DNA from: Phaeosaccion multiseriatum
Taxonomy: Eukaryota > Protista > Ochrophyta, other classes
Length of the DNA stretch: 64,000 bases
Reading direction: 5' to 3'
Assembly: GCA_965112735.1 (NCBI GenBank)
Contig: OZ218956.1
Span: 3,782,001-3,846,000, forward strand
Shown: positions 12,433-24,294 of the stretch, one piece after another
How positions within the stretch are numbered: position 1 is the stretch's first letter
Layout: the number at the start of each line of letters is the position of its first letter
The notes under the pieces: generated by a model
Databases searched by the model: none
What the model saw: the letters and a program-made list of their open reading frames with translations, nothing else
Told to the model about the DNA's origin: nothing
Made by a program: the position numbers and the translations under genes

Positions 12433-13793
12433 ATGTCGCAGCTCACGATTCCCTGCGCAGATGTCCGTGTCCACGGGCTTGTTACCAGTGATGGCGCCAC
12501 CATCCTCACGCCGCACGCCTTGAGGTGGGTCCTGGAAGAGGCGGGGAAGGCACACTTGAACTTCTCCCCCCGCCCCCTCATTCCCTCTCCGCTGCCTCCC
12601 TCGTGGCCCCTCCTCCACCAGGTTTCTGTCGTTCCTGCACCAGAGCTTCGACCAGCGCCGCCGGCTCCTGCTGCAGCTCCGCGAGACGCGGCAAATGGAG
12701 TTCGATGCAGGGGCGCTGCCCGACTTCAATCCGAGCACGAGGGCCATTCGAGAGGATGCCAGCTGGAAAGTGGCACCACCTCCGCCAGACCTGCAGGACC
12801 GCAGGGTGGAAAGTGAGTGTATCTGCTTGGCTTTTGCTCTTCTCGCTGATGCTGTATACTTATACTTCACACTGCAGGGCTACTGTCGCTCAGTCCTCCC
12901 TCCCTCCCTTGCTTTCTCCCCCTCTTGTCCTTCTTTCCTTCTCACCACAACAACTCCTCCTCCCCTCATCTCTTCCCTTCCTGCCAGTCACGGGACCGGT
13001 GGACCGCAAAATGGTGATCAACGGGCTCAACAGCGGGGCAAGCACCTACATGGCGGACTTCGAGGACTCTTCCGCCCCCACCTGGGCCAACATGATCGAC
13101 GGACAAGTCAACCTCCGGGACGCCGTTCGCCGCACCATCACCTACAGCAACCCCGCCACCGGCAAGAAGTACACCCTCAACTCGAAGACCGCCGTACTTC
13201 TCGTGCGGCCCCGCGGATGGCACCTTGAGGAGGCCCATGTGACTGTGGACGGTCGGCCCGTGTCCGCCGCGCTCTTCGACTTTGGCATGTACTTCTTCCA
13301 CAACGCCTACGACCTCATGCGCAACGGGTCAGGCCCGTACTTCTACCTCGCCAAGATGGAGAACGCTCTGGAGGCGAGGCTGTGGAACGACGTGTTCGTG
13401 GCGGCGCAGAGCTTCATGGGGGTGCCGCAGGGGACCATCCGGGCCACTTCGCTGCTCGAGACCATCACTGCTGCCTTCGAGATGGAGGAGATGCTTTACG
13501 GTGAGTCGCGGGGAGAGGGAGGGAGAGAGGGAGAGAGAGAGGGAGAGAGGGAGGGAAGGTGGGGGGGACGGAGAGGCAGTGGGCGGCTGTTGGGCACTTG
13601 TCTTGCTGCTGTTGTACTGCTGTTGTAGCTGTATCGATCGCCAGCAGCACCAAGAGTAGGCGGGTGTGGTCGTCGTAGAAGGCCGCCAACACAACGGTTT
13701 GGTTGGCAACGATGCCAGTAACACACCATACCGCGGCCCCTCCTCTGTCGCTTCACAGAGCTCCGCGAGCACTCTGTGGGGCTGAACTGCGGG

Positions 13794-13826
<33 letters not shown>

Positions 13827-14635
13827 CTCCGGGAGGACAGCCGACGCATCACGCCCGACAGGAAGTTCCTCACGGTCAGTGGTCAGTGGAAGGAAGAAGG
13901 GACTCGGCAAGGGCCTGTTGTGGCGCGCGCTCCCTCTCTCTCTATCTCCCTCTCTCTCTATCTCCCTCTCTCTCTATCTCCCTCTCTCTCTATCTCCCTC
14001 TCTCGCTCGTCCCTACTCTCGCTCTCGCTCTCCCTCGCTGTCTCTCTCTCCTTGTTTTACTCTGCCCTGACTTATGATGCCCCCCCTCCCTCCTCAATCA
14101 CAGATGGAGACGCCCTTCATGCAGGCGTACGTGGAGCTCCTCATACACACTTGCCACAAGCGAGGTGCGCACGCCATGGGCGGAATGGCGGCGCAGATCC
14201 CTGTGAAGAACGATCCCTTGGCGCAGGAGAGGGCCTTGGAGAGCGTCCGACAGGACAAGCTCAGAGAGGTGCAGGCTGGGCACGACGGGACGTGGGTGGC
14301 GCACCCCGCCCTCGTCAAGGTGAGCAGTTGGTGGTCTAGTTGGTTCGCTGCCAGTTGCTGGCGGTGGACGGTTGACCCTTAGTGCAGATAGCACATGACA
14401 AGGGGCGGAGTGCTCAGTTCTTGTGTCTCTGGCCTGACCTTAGGAGAAAGAGAGGGCGAGTCTTCTCTCCTCGGCCCAGAGCAGGCAGATAGGCAGGCAG
14501 GCAGGTAGACAGGCAGGCAGATAGGCAGGCAGGCAGGTAGACAGGCAGGCAGATAGGCAGGCAGGCAGGTAGACAGGCAGGCAGATAGGCAGGCAGGCAG
14601 GTAGACAGGCAGGCAGATAGGCAGGCAGGCAGGTA

Positions 14636-14684
<49 letters not shown>

Positions 14685-15977
14685 AGAGGCAGGCAGACCA
14701 CCTCCTCCAAGTGCCTCCATCCAACTCGACACCTTCCCCCCTCCCACCTCTCCCCCCGCAGGTGGCCATGGACATCTTCAACGAGCACATGCCGGGCCCC
14801 AACCAGCTGCACGTGCTGCCCGCCTGCTCCATCACCGCGGCAGACCTGCTCGAGCCGCCGAGCGAAGGGCAGGTCACCGCAAAGGGCCTGACTGAGAACA
14901 TCCAGGTACGGGAAACCTTTCAAGCCTGCTGCTGCTTGTGCTGCTGTTGCTCTCATTCCTCTCTCCTCTCCTCTCTTGCCTTGTTTGTTTAGGGGGTTCG
15001 TGAATGTTGCTTTGCTTTCACTCACTCTCCCTTCCTCCCTGCTTCCCTCTTCACTCCTCTCACCTCAACTCACAGATCTGTCTGGAGTACGTGGAGGCGT
15101 GGATCAGGGGCCACGGCTGCATCCCCCTGCATCACAAGATGGAAGATGCCGCCACCGCCGAGATCAGCCGCGTGCAGGTGTGCCACTCACTCACTCACTC
15201 ACTCACTCACTCACTCACTCACTCACTCACTCACTCACTCACTCACTCACTCACTCACTCACTCACTCACTCACTCACTCACTCACTCACTCACTCACTC
15301 ACTCACTCACTCACTCACTCACTCACTCACTCACTCACTCACTCACTCACTCACTCACTCACTCACTCACTCACTCACTCACTCACTCACTCACTCACTC
15401 ACTCACTCACTCACTCACTCACTCACTCACTCACTCACTCACTCACTCACTCACTCACTCACTCACTCACTCACTCACTCACTCACTCACTCACTCACTC
15501 ACTCACTCACTCACTCACTCCCTCACTCACTCACTCACTCCCACTCACTCACTCACTCACTCACTCCCACTCCCTCACTCACTCACTCACTCCCACTCCC
15601 TCACTCCCTCACTCCCTCACACCCTCACTCCCTCACTCCCTCTCCCCCTCACCCACTCACTTCCTCACCCACTCACTTCCTCACTTCCTCACTCCCTCAC
15701 TTCCTCCCTTCCTCCCTCGTTTTCTCACTAGGTTTGGCAGTGGGTGCATCACGGAGTGAGCACGACGGAAGGTCAGCTGGTCACCAAGCCGCTGGTGGAG
15801 GAGTTGGTCAACGAAGAAGTCGCCAAGATGCAGAAGGAGAGGGACAACAAGGGCCAATTCAAATTCTGGCTGGCGGGGCGCATGGTGCGGGGGATGATGA
15901 CGGACGACAAGCTGGACAACTTCCTGACGACCGTCGCGTATCCCCATCTCGTGGATGTGTCCCACTGCCGCCTCTGA
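12433..15977 (+). CDS. MLS: Malate synthase (glyoxylate cycle), 8 exons: 12433-12524, 12622-12812, 12988-13500, 13759-13874, 14104-14319, 14762-14905, 15076-15177, 15732-15977
   Basis: Conserved motifs [56 protein letters not shown] and [11 protein letters not shown]. All introns are GT-AG and phase-consistent. C-terminal -CRL resembles PTS1. Confidence 0.97.
14480..14697. repeat. (GGCA)n tetranucleotide repeat with GATA/GGTA variants, malate synthase intron 5
   Basis: Visible tandem array ggcaggcagataggcaggcaggcaggtagaca. Confidence 0.95.
15184..15700. repeat. (TCAC)n microsatellite filling malate synthase intron 7
   Basis: About 330 bp of perfect array, then degenerate copies. Confidence 0.97.
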
Positions 15978-15995
15978 GCAGTCGACCTCTGTTTG

Positions 15996-16050
<55 letters not shown>

Positions 16051-16289
16051 TGAGTGTGAGTGTGTGCGTTTGTCTGTTGGCTCGCTGTGCCTTCTCTTTC
16101 TTTTGGGGTTGGCTGTGCCCCACTTTCTCTCCGTGGAAAGGGGTTGGAGGGGGATGGCAGCGAATGGCAGTATACACACAGTGAAAGAGACGAGGGGCAT
16201 ATGCTTTGGGGAGACATACAGTACAGCGATTTTGCGGTTTTTGATGTATCATAGTCCGGCTGTCATGTAGCGGCGGCCAGACGGAAGGG

Positions 16290-16493
16290 GCCACCAACAG
16301 CGGCTCCAACGGTGCCCCCAACAGCAGCTCCAACGGCGGGTCCGCTGTTGCTGCCACCAACAGCAGCTCCAACCCGCCGTTGGAGCTGCTGCTGCCGTTG
16401 AAGCTGCTGTTGGTGGCCCCGTTGGAGCTGCTGTTGGGGGCACCATTTTGTAGGGCACAGCCATGCCAGGAGCAAGTTTTGTAGGGCACAGCG
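16290..16493. repeat. Intergenic inverted-repeat cluster of CCAACAGCAGCTCCAAC units
   Basis: 16311-16336 is the exact reverse complement of 16419-16444. Further direct and inverted copies lie inside, and TTTTGTAGGGCACAGC is duplicated just after. Confidence 0.85.
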
Positions 16494-16870
16494 CCCACGC
16501 TGAAACGGTACGTACCACGTACATTAGAGGGAGGGGCGGGAGGGGAGGACCAGGCGCCGCATATGGGGGCCCGTACATGCAATTACATGGACTGGAGAGG
16601 AGAACGGCCAGAAGCACTGATGCAGCAGGAGAGGGGGGGCGGGGCTCGGTTTTGTAACATACGTCTGTACAGGTACATGGGCACAAGGGAAACGCCCAAC
16701 TGCGCTGCTGGGCAGAGCTCCATAGTTGCGGCAACGGTACGAATAAGGGGCTTATATTATTCACCTTTTTTCTATATACTCTTTGATTCTCCCGCTGGGC
16801 TGCAGCAACAGCAGGTTGGCATGTATCGCGCACGTCGAGCCGGTCCCCCTTCCCTCATTCATCTCCTGCC

Positions 16871-17773
16871 TCATTTGGAGTCTTTTACTGCTGGCTCGCA
16901 ACTGTTGCTGCCTTTTTTCGCCTTGGTGCCCCACGCCTCGCAGCCGAACAGTCCGTAGTACTCCTGTGATGACGCCGCTCGAGGCGCCACGAACGCTGGC
17001 ACAGATACCTGCTGCGCCGCCAAAGAGAGGAACTCAGTAAGCGTCTCCACCACCTCCTCCACCTCCTTCACACGATCTTCCGACGAGCCGCTCTTCGCAG
17101 CCTGCTCCAGCTCGAGAAGGTGCCCCTGAGAGAGAGAGAGAGAAGGTTAGCCGTGGCAAGTGTGTGGTATGTAGACATTCATGGCTTGCGGCAGAGTAAT
17201 CCTAACCCTAGTGGCAGAGTAATCCTAGCCCTAAGCAGCGCTATGCACACACACCTTCATGGCTAGCGGCAGCGTGGCCAGGCGCTCCTGGTCCTTGGAG
17301 CTGCTTAACTTGAGCAAAGGGGCTGCCTCTGCCATGGCGTTCTGCAGGCGTGCGAAGGAGGACGCGTAGCGCAGCACCAGAGACTTATCGTCATCGGAGT
17401 CCCCGATGGTCTTGTCCTTCAAGCCGGTAAGCAGCGTCAGCAAAGTTCCCCGGTACCTGCCAATCTCGCCCACCAGACCCACTGCCGGATTCAAGCTAAA
17501 CGCGGCGGCTGGGGAGATAGGGGCGCCCCCCACTGCTGCTGCTACGACCGAGGCTGTGGCTACGCGGGATACAGCTTGCTGCAGCAATCTCCTCCGGCTT
17601 GTACCCACTGCTGCTGCTGCTGGTGGTGGTGCATGACATTGAGTTGCAACATGTTGCGCCGCGCTCAATTGAAGCCTCCTCCCTCGCTGCGTCTGCTTCT
17701 GCTGTGGTACGACGACTGTGAACGCAGCACACGAGGGAGCCAGCACAAGGAGTAGCAGCAGCAGGTGGTGCAT
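16871..17773 (-). CDS. Plastid thylakoid-lumen protein, possibly with a PsbQ-like helical fold; exons 17773-17255 and 17125-16871
   Basis: Signal peptide [17 protein letters not shown]|F (ASAFAP-type), a transit peptide, a twin-Arg SRRRLL plus hydrophobic stretch ending PAAA, and a helical mature part (GHLLELEQA...VKEVEEVVETLTEFL). The intron is phase 0, GT-AG. Confidence 0.78.
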
Positions 17774-18030
17774 AGCTGTGCTGTAAAGAGAGAATTGAAA
17801 GAGAGAGAAGACGAAAGGAGAGGAGATTTGGAGATTTGATTTTTACGAAAAGAGCAAAAGAGGATCAAATGGCCCATATGCCTGAACCTCGTCGCGCGCG
17901 CAACTCTTCAATAACCCGCAAATACGTGTGGGGGTGGTGGGGGGGGGCGACAGTATAGTCGCCTTAATGCGTGGGGCTGGAGGTTAGGGACGAGACGCTT
18001 TGGCGCTTGCGAAGGTTCGATTTTTCGCTG

Positions 18031-19349
18031 ATGGACAGGTGCGATGACGGGCGCCCGGACGCGTCAACCGTGTCGGGGGCAACTCCCTCCGAAGTACTTC
18101 TCTCCCTCTCTCGGCTGCCCAAGACAGTCCCTAGGCGCGTCTTCGAGTACCTCGGGCCCGTCTTCTCTCTGGATGATGTGCTGTATTCGCTACAACTCCT
18201 TCCTAGGGAGTGCGAGTGCACGATGGAGAAGTACTTGCGAGAGGGGCACACGGCGAGGTGGAGGGAGGAGGAGGGGCAGGAGAAGCAGCCACCCAAGCTT
18301 GTCATGCGCTGCGAATACTGCCAGGAGATCATCCTTCGCATTAGTTGCCGGGCAAACCTCGCCCACAAGGTGAGTAAGGTCAGCTGAAGGACGGCTCTAC
18401 GGCTCGAGCGATCAACAGTTGGGGTTTCATAGCTCTTCTGCTCTCTTTTCCCTGATTTCTTTTACCTTCTCAAGCAATGGGATAGTTTGACCCCTCACGC
18501 TCCATCTCCTCCTCGTGAGTACGCCTCTTTCTCTCTCTTTCTCTCCTCTCTTTCCTCGCTTTTGCTGTTTCCATCTTCCTGTTCCCCCTTGCACTCCTTC
18601 TCCTCCCCGTGCGTCTAACCCCCTGTCCTCTCTTTTGCCCCCATCCTCCCCCCCTCTCTCCCCCGCCCCTCCCCCTCTCTGTGTGCGCCCCCCCATAAAG
18701 ACGTTCTACGCAAGGGCCTCCGCCCTCGTCGCGTGTGCCCGGCGGCAAAACAAGCGAAAGAAGAAGCGCTTCCTCCCCCTGTCGCGCCGCTCCTCGGCGG
18801 TGGTGCTGCTCACCAGCCCCCCCTGCGTGCAGAGCAGAGACGGAGACGGCAGAGAAGACGGAGACCAAGTGGAAGAGGAGGAGCTCTGTCACGCGCAGGA
18901 GAGAGCTCGATTGGCGCAGGCTATTCTCGACTCCGCGGCCACAGACGCCGACAACGTCCGTCAAGCGCTCACGAGCCTGGACCTTCTCCATCGCTCCTCC
19001 CCTCACGGCCAGGTGGGCCGAACCTTCCTGGACGCTATGACGCACGAGTGGTCCTTCATGGCGTCGCCAATGCTGGACGATCTCAAAGCCTTCACCATCA
19101 GGGACCGGTCCGAGGCCGAGTCCGAGCGTTTCGAGCGTTACACCCAGTGCGGCATCTGCTTGGAGCCCATGTGCGAGCCCGTCCGCCTCCCCTGCTCGCA
19201 CATTTTGTGCGTGGACTGCTCCACCAAGCTCGTGAACGATGGCAAGAGCGCCTGCCCCGTGTGCCGCTGCCCACACGCCCTCTCCCACACCACGCCGCTG
19301 CCGCTGTGGGGCAAGGTGCGAAGCCTCTCCCTCCGTCTCTATTTATCTT

Positions 19350-19386
<37 letters not shown>

Positions 19387-19463
19387 ATGGCTCTCTGTCT
19401 CTCTCTTTCTCTCTTTCTCTATCGCTCTCTCTCTCTTTCTCTATCGCTCTCTCTCTCTCTTTC

Positions 19464-19550
<87 letters not shown>

Positions 19551-19702
19551 ATCGCTCTCTGTCTCTCTCTCCCGCCCTCCCTCTCTCTCTCTCTCTCTCT
19601 TTCTCTATCGCTCTCTTTCTCTCTCTCTCTATCGCTCCGTCTCTCCCTCTCTCTTTCTCTCTCTCTCTTTCTCTCTTTCTCTCTCGCTCCCTCCCTCTCT
19701 CC

Positions 19703-19750
<48 letters not shown>

Positions 19751-19960
19751 TTCTCTATCGCTCTCTCTCTCTTTCGCTCTCTCTCTCTCTTTCTCTCTCT
19801 TTCTCTATCGCTCTCTCTCCCTCTCTCTCTCTCTTTCTCTTTCTCTATCGCTCCCTCTCTCCCTCTCTCTCTTTCTCTCTCTCTCTTTCTCTCTTTCTCA
19901 CTCGCTCCCTCCCTCTCCCCCTCTCTCTCTTTCTCTATCGCTCTCTCTCTGTCTCTCCCG

Positions 19961-19998
<38 letters not shown>

Positions 19999-20002
19999 AT
20001 CG

Positions 20003-20049
<47 letters not shown>

Positions 20050-20586
20050 GTTCTCTATCGCTCTCTGTCTCTCTCTTTCTCTATCGCTCTCTCTCTCTCT
20101 CTTTCTCCCTCCCTTCTTTCTATTTGTCTGTATTTTCCTTTTCTTTCTCTCTCACTCTATATCGCGCGCTCTCTCTCTCTCTCTCCCTCTCTCCCTTGCC
20201 CAACCCCCCACCTCGCTCGTCTACTAAGTGTGGCGCCCTCTTTGTTTCATTGCCCCCCCCCGTCCTTCTCTTTGTGCGTGGCAATCACGGCAAAGCAGTC
20301 CAGCCCCTCGTCGTTGCTCCTTCCTTCCTTCCTTTCTTCCTTCCTTCCTTCTAAACAGCACTGCCCCCCCTCCCTTTGGAGGTTTCGATCATAGACCTGA
20401 CACTCACACGGACCCCCCCCCTGCCCACAGGTGGTGCGCGAGCTGTACCCGGCCTTCTGTGGGGGCAAGCGCAAGGTCAAGCCGAGAAGGAGCTCCGGAA
20501 AGCTGCTGAGGGGGCTGTTTTTGTCAAAGGGCCTGCTGGCAGAGGCCCAAGTGGCCCTGGCGACGGACAGGGGCTACCACGGCTGA
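18031..20586 (+). CDS. C3HC4 RING-finger protein (putative E3 ligase); exons 18031-18369, 18701-19315, 20431-20586
   Basis: CGICLEPMCEPVRLPCSHILCVDC...CPVCR. The phase-0 junctions give ...WGK|VVRELYP, typical of the post-RING helix. Confidence 0.82.
19352..20192. repeat. Compound (CT)n microsatellite with recurring TTTCTCTATCG interruptions, RING gene intron 2
   Basis: About 840 bp pyrimidine tract. Confidence 0.95.
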
Positions 20587-20670
20587 GCCACAGGAGCAGA
20601 GGGTGGAGGAGAGGGCACAGGGCAGAGGCGGGTCTAGCCTAGGCCCAGCTGGCGGGACTCACTTCACTTC

Positions 20671-20800
20671 ACCACAGAAGCAAGAGGTTCAATGAGAGTT
20701 TTGTCCGGTCACTTCACCAGAAGCAAGAGCTTCAATGCACCAGAAGCAAGAGGTTCAATTCACCAGAAGCAAGAGGTTCAATGAGAGTTTTGTTCGGTCA
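20671..20800. repeat. Short tandem repeat (CACCAGAAGCAAGAGGTTCAAT x4) downstream of the RING gene
   Basis: Four near-identical copies, two of them extended by GAGAGTTTTGTYCGGTCA. Confidence 0.85.
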
Positions 20801-21280
20801 GCGGACCGAAGAGAGGGGCGAGAGGGGCGCCACTCAATGCTGACGCTTAACGCCCCCCCCCCTCGTTGTATAACCAAGTGTACAGTAGGGGAGGTTGGGA
20901 AGGGAAAGGAATTTTTTTAAAAAAATAATTTAGATATTTTACCCTCCTTCTGTGCTTTGAGTGTGTATTGGGTTGAGATTCACTCTGACGATGCCCCCCC
21001 CCCCCCCCCTCAGTGGTCATCCCCCTCTCAGGGCAGCGCGTTGGGCGCGTCTGCCCCCCTGCATCCATCCACTGCCATCCTCCTCTCCCCCCTCCTCCTC
21101 CAATGTGTTCTCTCCCTCGCAGTAGGTGATTCCTACTAAGTCAATAAAAGTCCATTCCTCACGCCCACCGCCGTGCAAACAGGCAGTGGTCTCCCTCTTC
21201 CTGTTCTCCTCCTCGGCTCGCCCTGGCCTCTGAAACTCTTAGGTTGATTCCTGTAAGTCAATAAAATGGCCCCCCTCCCC

Positions 21281-23199
21281 CTACCCGTCCAGCGTCATGC
21301 AGCAGAGCTGACACAGCCACGAGCCGCCCCCCCTGTACCCAGAGGGCGGGCTCTGAATCTCCTCGAGCTCCTCGAGCTCCTCCGGCGGGTACTTCTGTCC
21401 GCCGCCCCTTGCGTAGCGCCGCCTTGACTTGTCGAGCGGTTTGTTCTCGGGGTCCAGCCGGAGCTTCCTGCTGCTGGTGGAAGAGCTTGGCGAGGGGTTG
21501 GCTGTTAGTGACGACACGTCCTGCCCATAGGCCCGCTTGGCCGCCGATATATTGTCGCGGTCACGGCGCTTGCGGCTGAGCTTGGAGCCGCTGCTGCTGC
21601 CCCTGCCGCTACTTCTGCGGCTCTCCCGTCCCCCCCCCTCCTCGACGTCGGGGAGTGCGCAACAAGCGATGGCCTCTTCCCACTCGCTGTCCGCGTCCAC
21701 ATCAAAGCCGCTCTCCTTCAGAAAGTTGCGCACGTCCTCCGCCCCGATGGAGTCTCTGCCTCCGATCCAGGCCTTTATGACCTCTGCCTTGGCACTCACA
21801 CTCACACTCACGCTGCTGCTGCTCCTCCTCTTCCTCGTGCCGTGCCCACTCCCACCCACACTCCCACCCCCACTACTCGCGTCGGATACGGCCTGCGTCA
21901 GGCGCTCCTCCAGCGAGAGGCGCTCCGGCCCGTCCGCTGGGATGAGGCTCGCCATGGCCACCTCCCACTCCACCATGGTGGCTCGGTGGTCAATGTTGAC
22001 CCCCAGGCCGGCGAGGAAGCGGCGCATGTTGGCTCTGCTCACGGCCATGAGGTTCTCCTGCTGGCGTGCCATCCAGTCCTTCACAACGTCCTTCTTGGCA
22101 CTCAGGTCCATGTCCTGCAGCTCGGCCAGGTAGATCTCTCTCGTTCCCCGCCTGCTTCTGCCGCCCCCTCGCTGACCTTCCTCGCCCCCCTCCACCTTCA
22201 CCTCCTCTTGCAGTATACTCTCCCACTCCTCATGGAATTGGGGGTTGCTTTGATCCACTCCCAAGTGAGCCAAGAAGGCCCTTGCGTTGCGGCGGTTGAC
22301 GTCGAGGAACGAGTCCTGAAGAAAGCAACGGGGGGCAGCACGCACATCACGCGGGGCGGAGAGAAGGGAAGCGTGCCGTCGCAAGACATCATCATCGTCA
22401 GAGGCACCCCCTTGACTTCTCTTACGTGTGGCAAGACCTTTTTTAAAAAACAACAATATACACAGCCCCTTTCGCAAGCATAAGAATTATTCAGTTGTGT
22501 CTCTGATGGAGGAGAAGAGGCGATGAGAGCCACGGAAGAAAAGTATACAGCAACCTGGCAGTTGTCTCTTGGCTTGACGAGAAGAGGCGAGGAGAGCCAT
22601 GAAGAAAGAAAGGAGAAGCAGAGCTGCAAGCGCGAAGCGACTGCTGAGTAAAGCAGCCTAAACGCCCCTGCACCTGCCACAGGTGTTGGAAGTACACCGC
22701 CCCCTATTGCCCCCCCCTCCCTTACCCGTTGGCGGTTGATCCACTCGATAATGAACTGCCGTTTGCCATCAAAGTCCAAGCCCTTGAGGTCCTCCAGGAA
22801 AGAGTCGGCTCTGTTGGCCTCAACGCGCATGTCGAGCAGCACTTCCCGCGCTGTCACTTCGCTGCCGCCCCAAGAGCCCTTGTTAGTAGAACTGCCAGGC
22901 GCCTGGAAAGGTGCCCTCCTCTTCCTCAGAGCCTCCTTATTGCTCTCCATAATGAGCATGCTCATGAGCTGCAGCTTCTCGTGTGCCATTCGTTTCTCCC
23001 ATTGGGCCTTGCGTGCGCTGACGGTCGTGGCTCCCGCCCCTTTAATCTCCCTCCGGATTTCCTCTTGCTTGCTTTGAGACCTCTTACGACCCGTCACCAA
23101 GTTCCTCGTAGCCTGGAGGTAGAGCGAGCGCTTCAGCGACGACCCCGTCGACTTCCGTCGGCGAGACCCCGTGGGCGATATCGACCCATCGCTAGCCAT
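21281..23199 (-). CDS. Hypothetical protein with 3-4 internal helical repeats; exons 23199-22726 and 22315-21281; termini uncertain
   Basis: ORFs 22198..23199 and 21281..22477 join in phase 0 (CGG|gtaag...ttcag|GAC). Repeated motifs RxFLxxLGV[DN]...EWE and K(x)3-4[IV]xxW. Confidence 0.62.
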
Positions 23200-24294
23200 G
23201 TTGCCTCTGCCCCTTGATGAAACGGGAGAGACCCCAAAGGATCTCCTCGCCTCCTGTACCCCTCTCCTCTGCTCGTCCCCAAACAGCCCCTCTGCAGTGC
23301 CCCCCCTTCAAACAAATCACTTCCTCCTCCCAAAGGCCTCAGCAAAGAAGACTTGGGTTGAAGACAGCAGCAAGGAGAGAGCTCTGAACACTCAGCCAGG
23401 CCTTCCTGTTGATTATACAAAAACGGTTTGTCTCCTCGGACTCCTTCCTCATTGAAAATTTACCGTGAAAAGCGACATCGAGAAAAAAGCTGGTGAAGAG
23501 TGCCAGTTTCCTGTATTCTCCAGGGGGGGGCATTCCTCTCCCACCCCCCCACATGCCGCTCGTGCCAGCGGGGAGAAGAGGATAGAGGAGGACAAGAGAG
23601 GAGCCAAGGACTGTGGTGTAGGTATTAGCGGCATATTCAAGAGGGCTCCCTGCAAAAGAAGGTGAGTTTTTCCCTCCTCCCCCCCACACCTCTCCCTCCG
23701 TTAGTTGTGGTAGGAGTTTGGGTAGGAGTTTGGGTTTTGGGGGGGGGAGGGGGGGTTCACCTCGGAACCGCCCCGCCCACACCCCTACAGGGGCTCTGAT
23801 TGCTTTGGCATTGCCAAAAGCCCTCCTTGTGCGGCGACAGCACTCTCCAGTGTTCGATAGTGGCAGAGCTGTTTTCGGACTTTTTCCCGAACTGCAACCA
23901 GCCCTCACGATCTTCCTTTTTCTGAGTGGCCTGTGCCTAGCTTAGCACCCTTGCGACCGATAGCAGCTGATCGGCGCCGCTCGCTCTGCCATCATCATCC
24001 ACTTCTTATTAGTCATCCCTCCCGCAGCCGCAGACCGTGGTGCTGCTGTGGTGCGCTCTGCCTTTTTTTTCACCAGTCTTTTCTCTGTGTGTCTGCGCTG
24101 TCCCTCCGACAGATTGCAAGTGGGAGTAGGGGGGGGGGGTTGGTGATTGGAAAGGCCATGCTGGACGCTTGGGGGTGCAGGAGCTACCGACACGCGTAAG
24201 CACATTTCCAAAACCGAACCAGGGGGGGGAGGGGCGAAAGATAAAAGATTCGGTGGCTGCAGGGCCTCGAAGAGGCTGGTGTGGAGCAGCGGGA

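Noticed and set aside
14976-16270. ORFs of LTHS, SLSL, PPSL, MGMDG and VCVC repeats (also 18733-20394, 31971-34082, 40827-41752)
   Set aside because: Translations of intronic satellites that lack stop codons.
17191-17234. CCTAACCCTA telomere-like words in a 23-bp duplication
   Set aside because: Only one or two units inside an intron; ordinary local duplication.
21123-21268. Two similar segments (GATTCCT..TAAGTCAATAAAA) resembling minus-strand acceptors
   Set aside because: Could mark extra 3' exons of the orphan gene, but I could not build a convincing reading frame.
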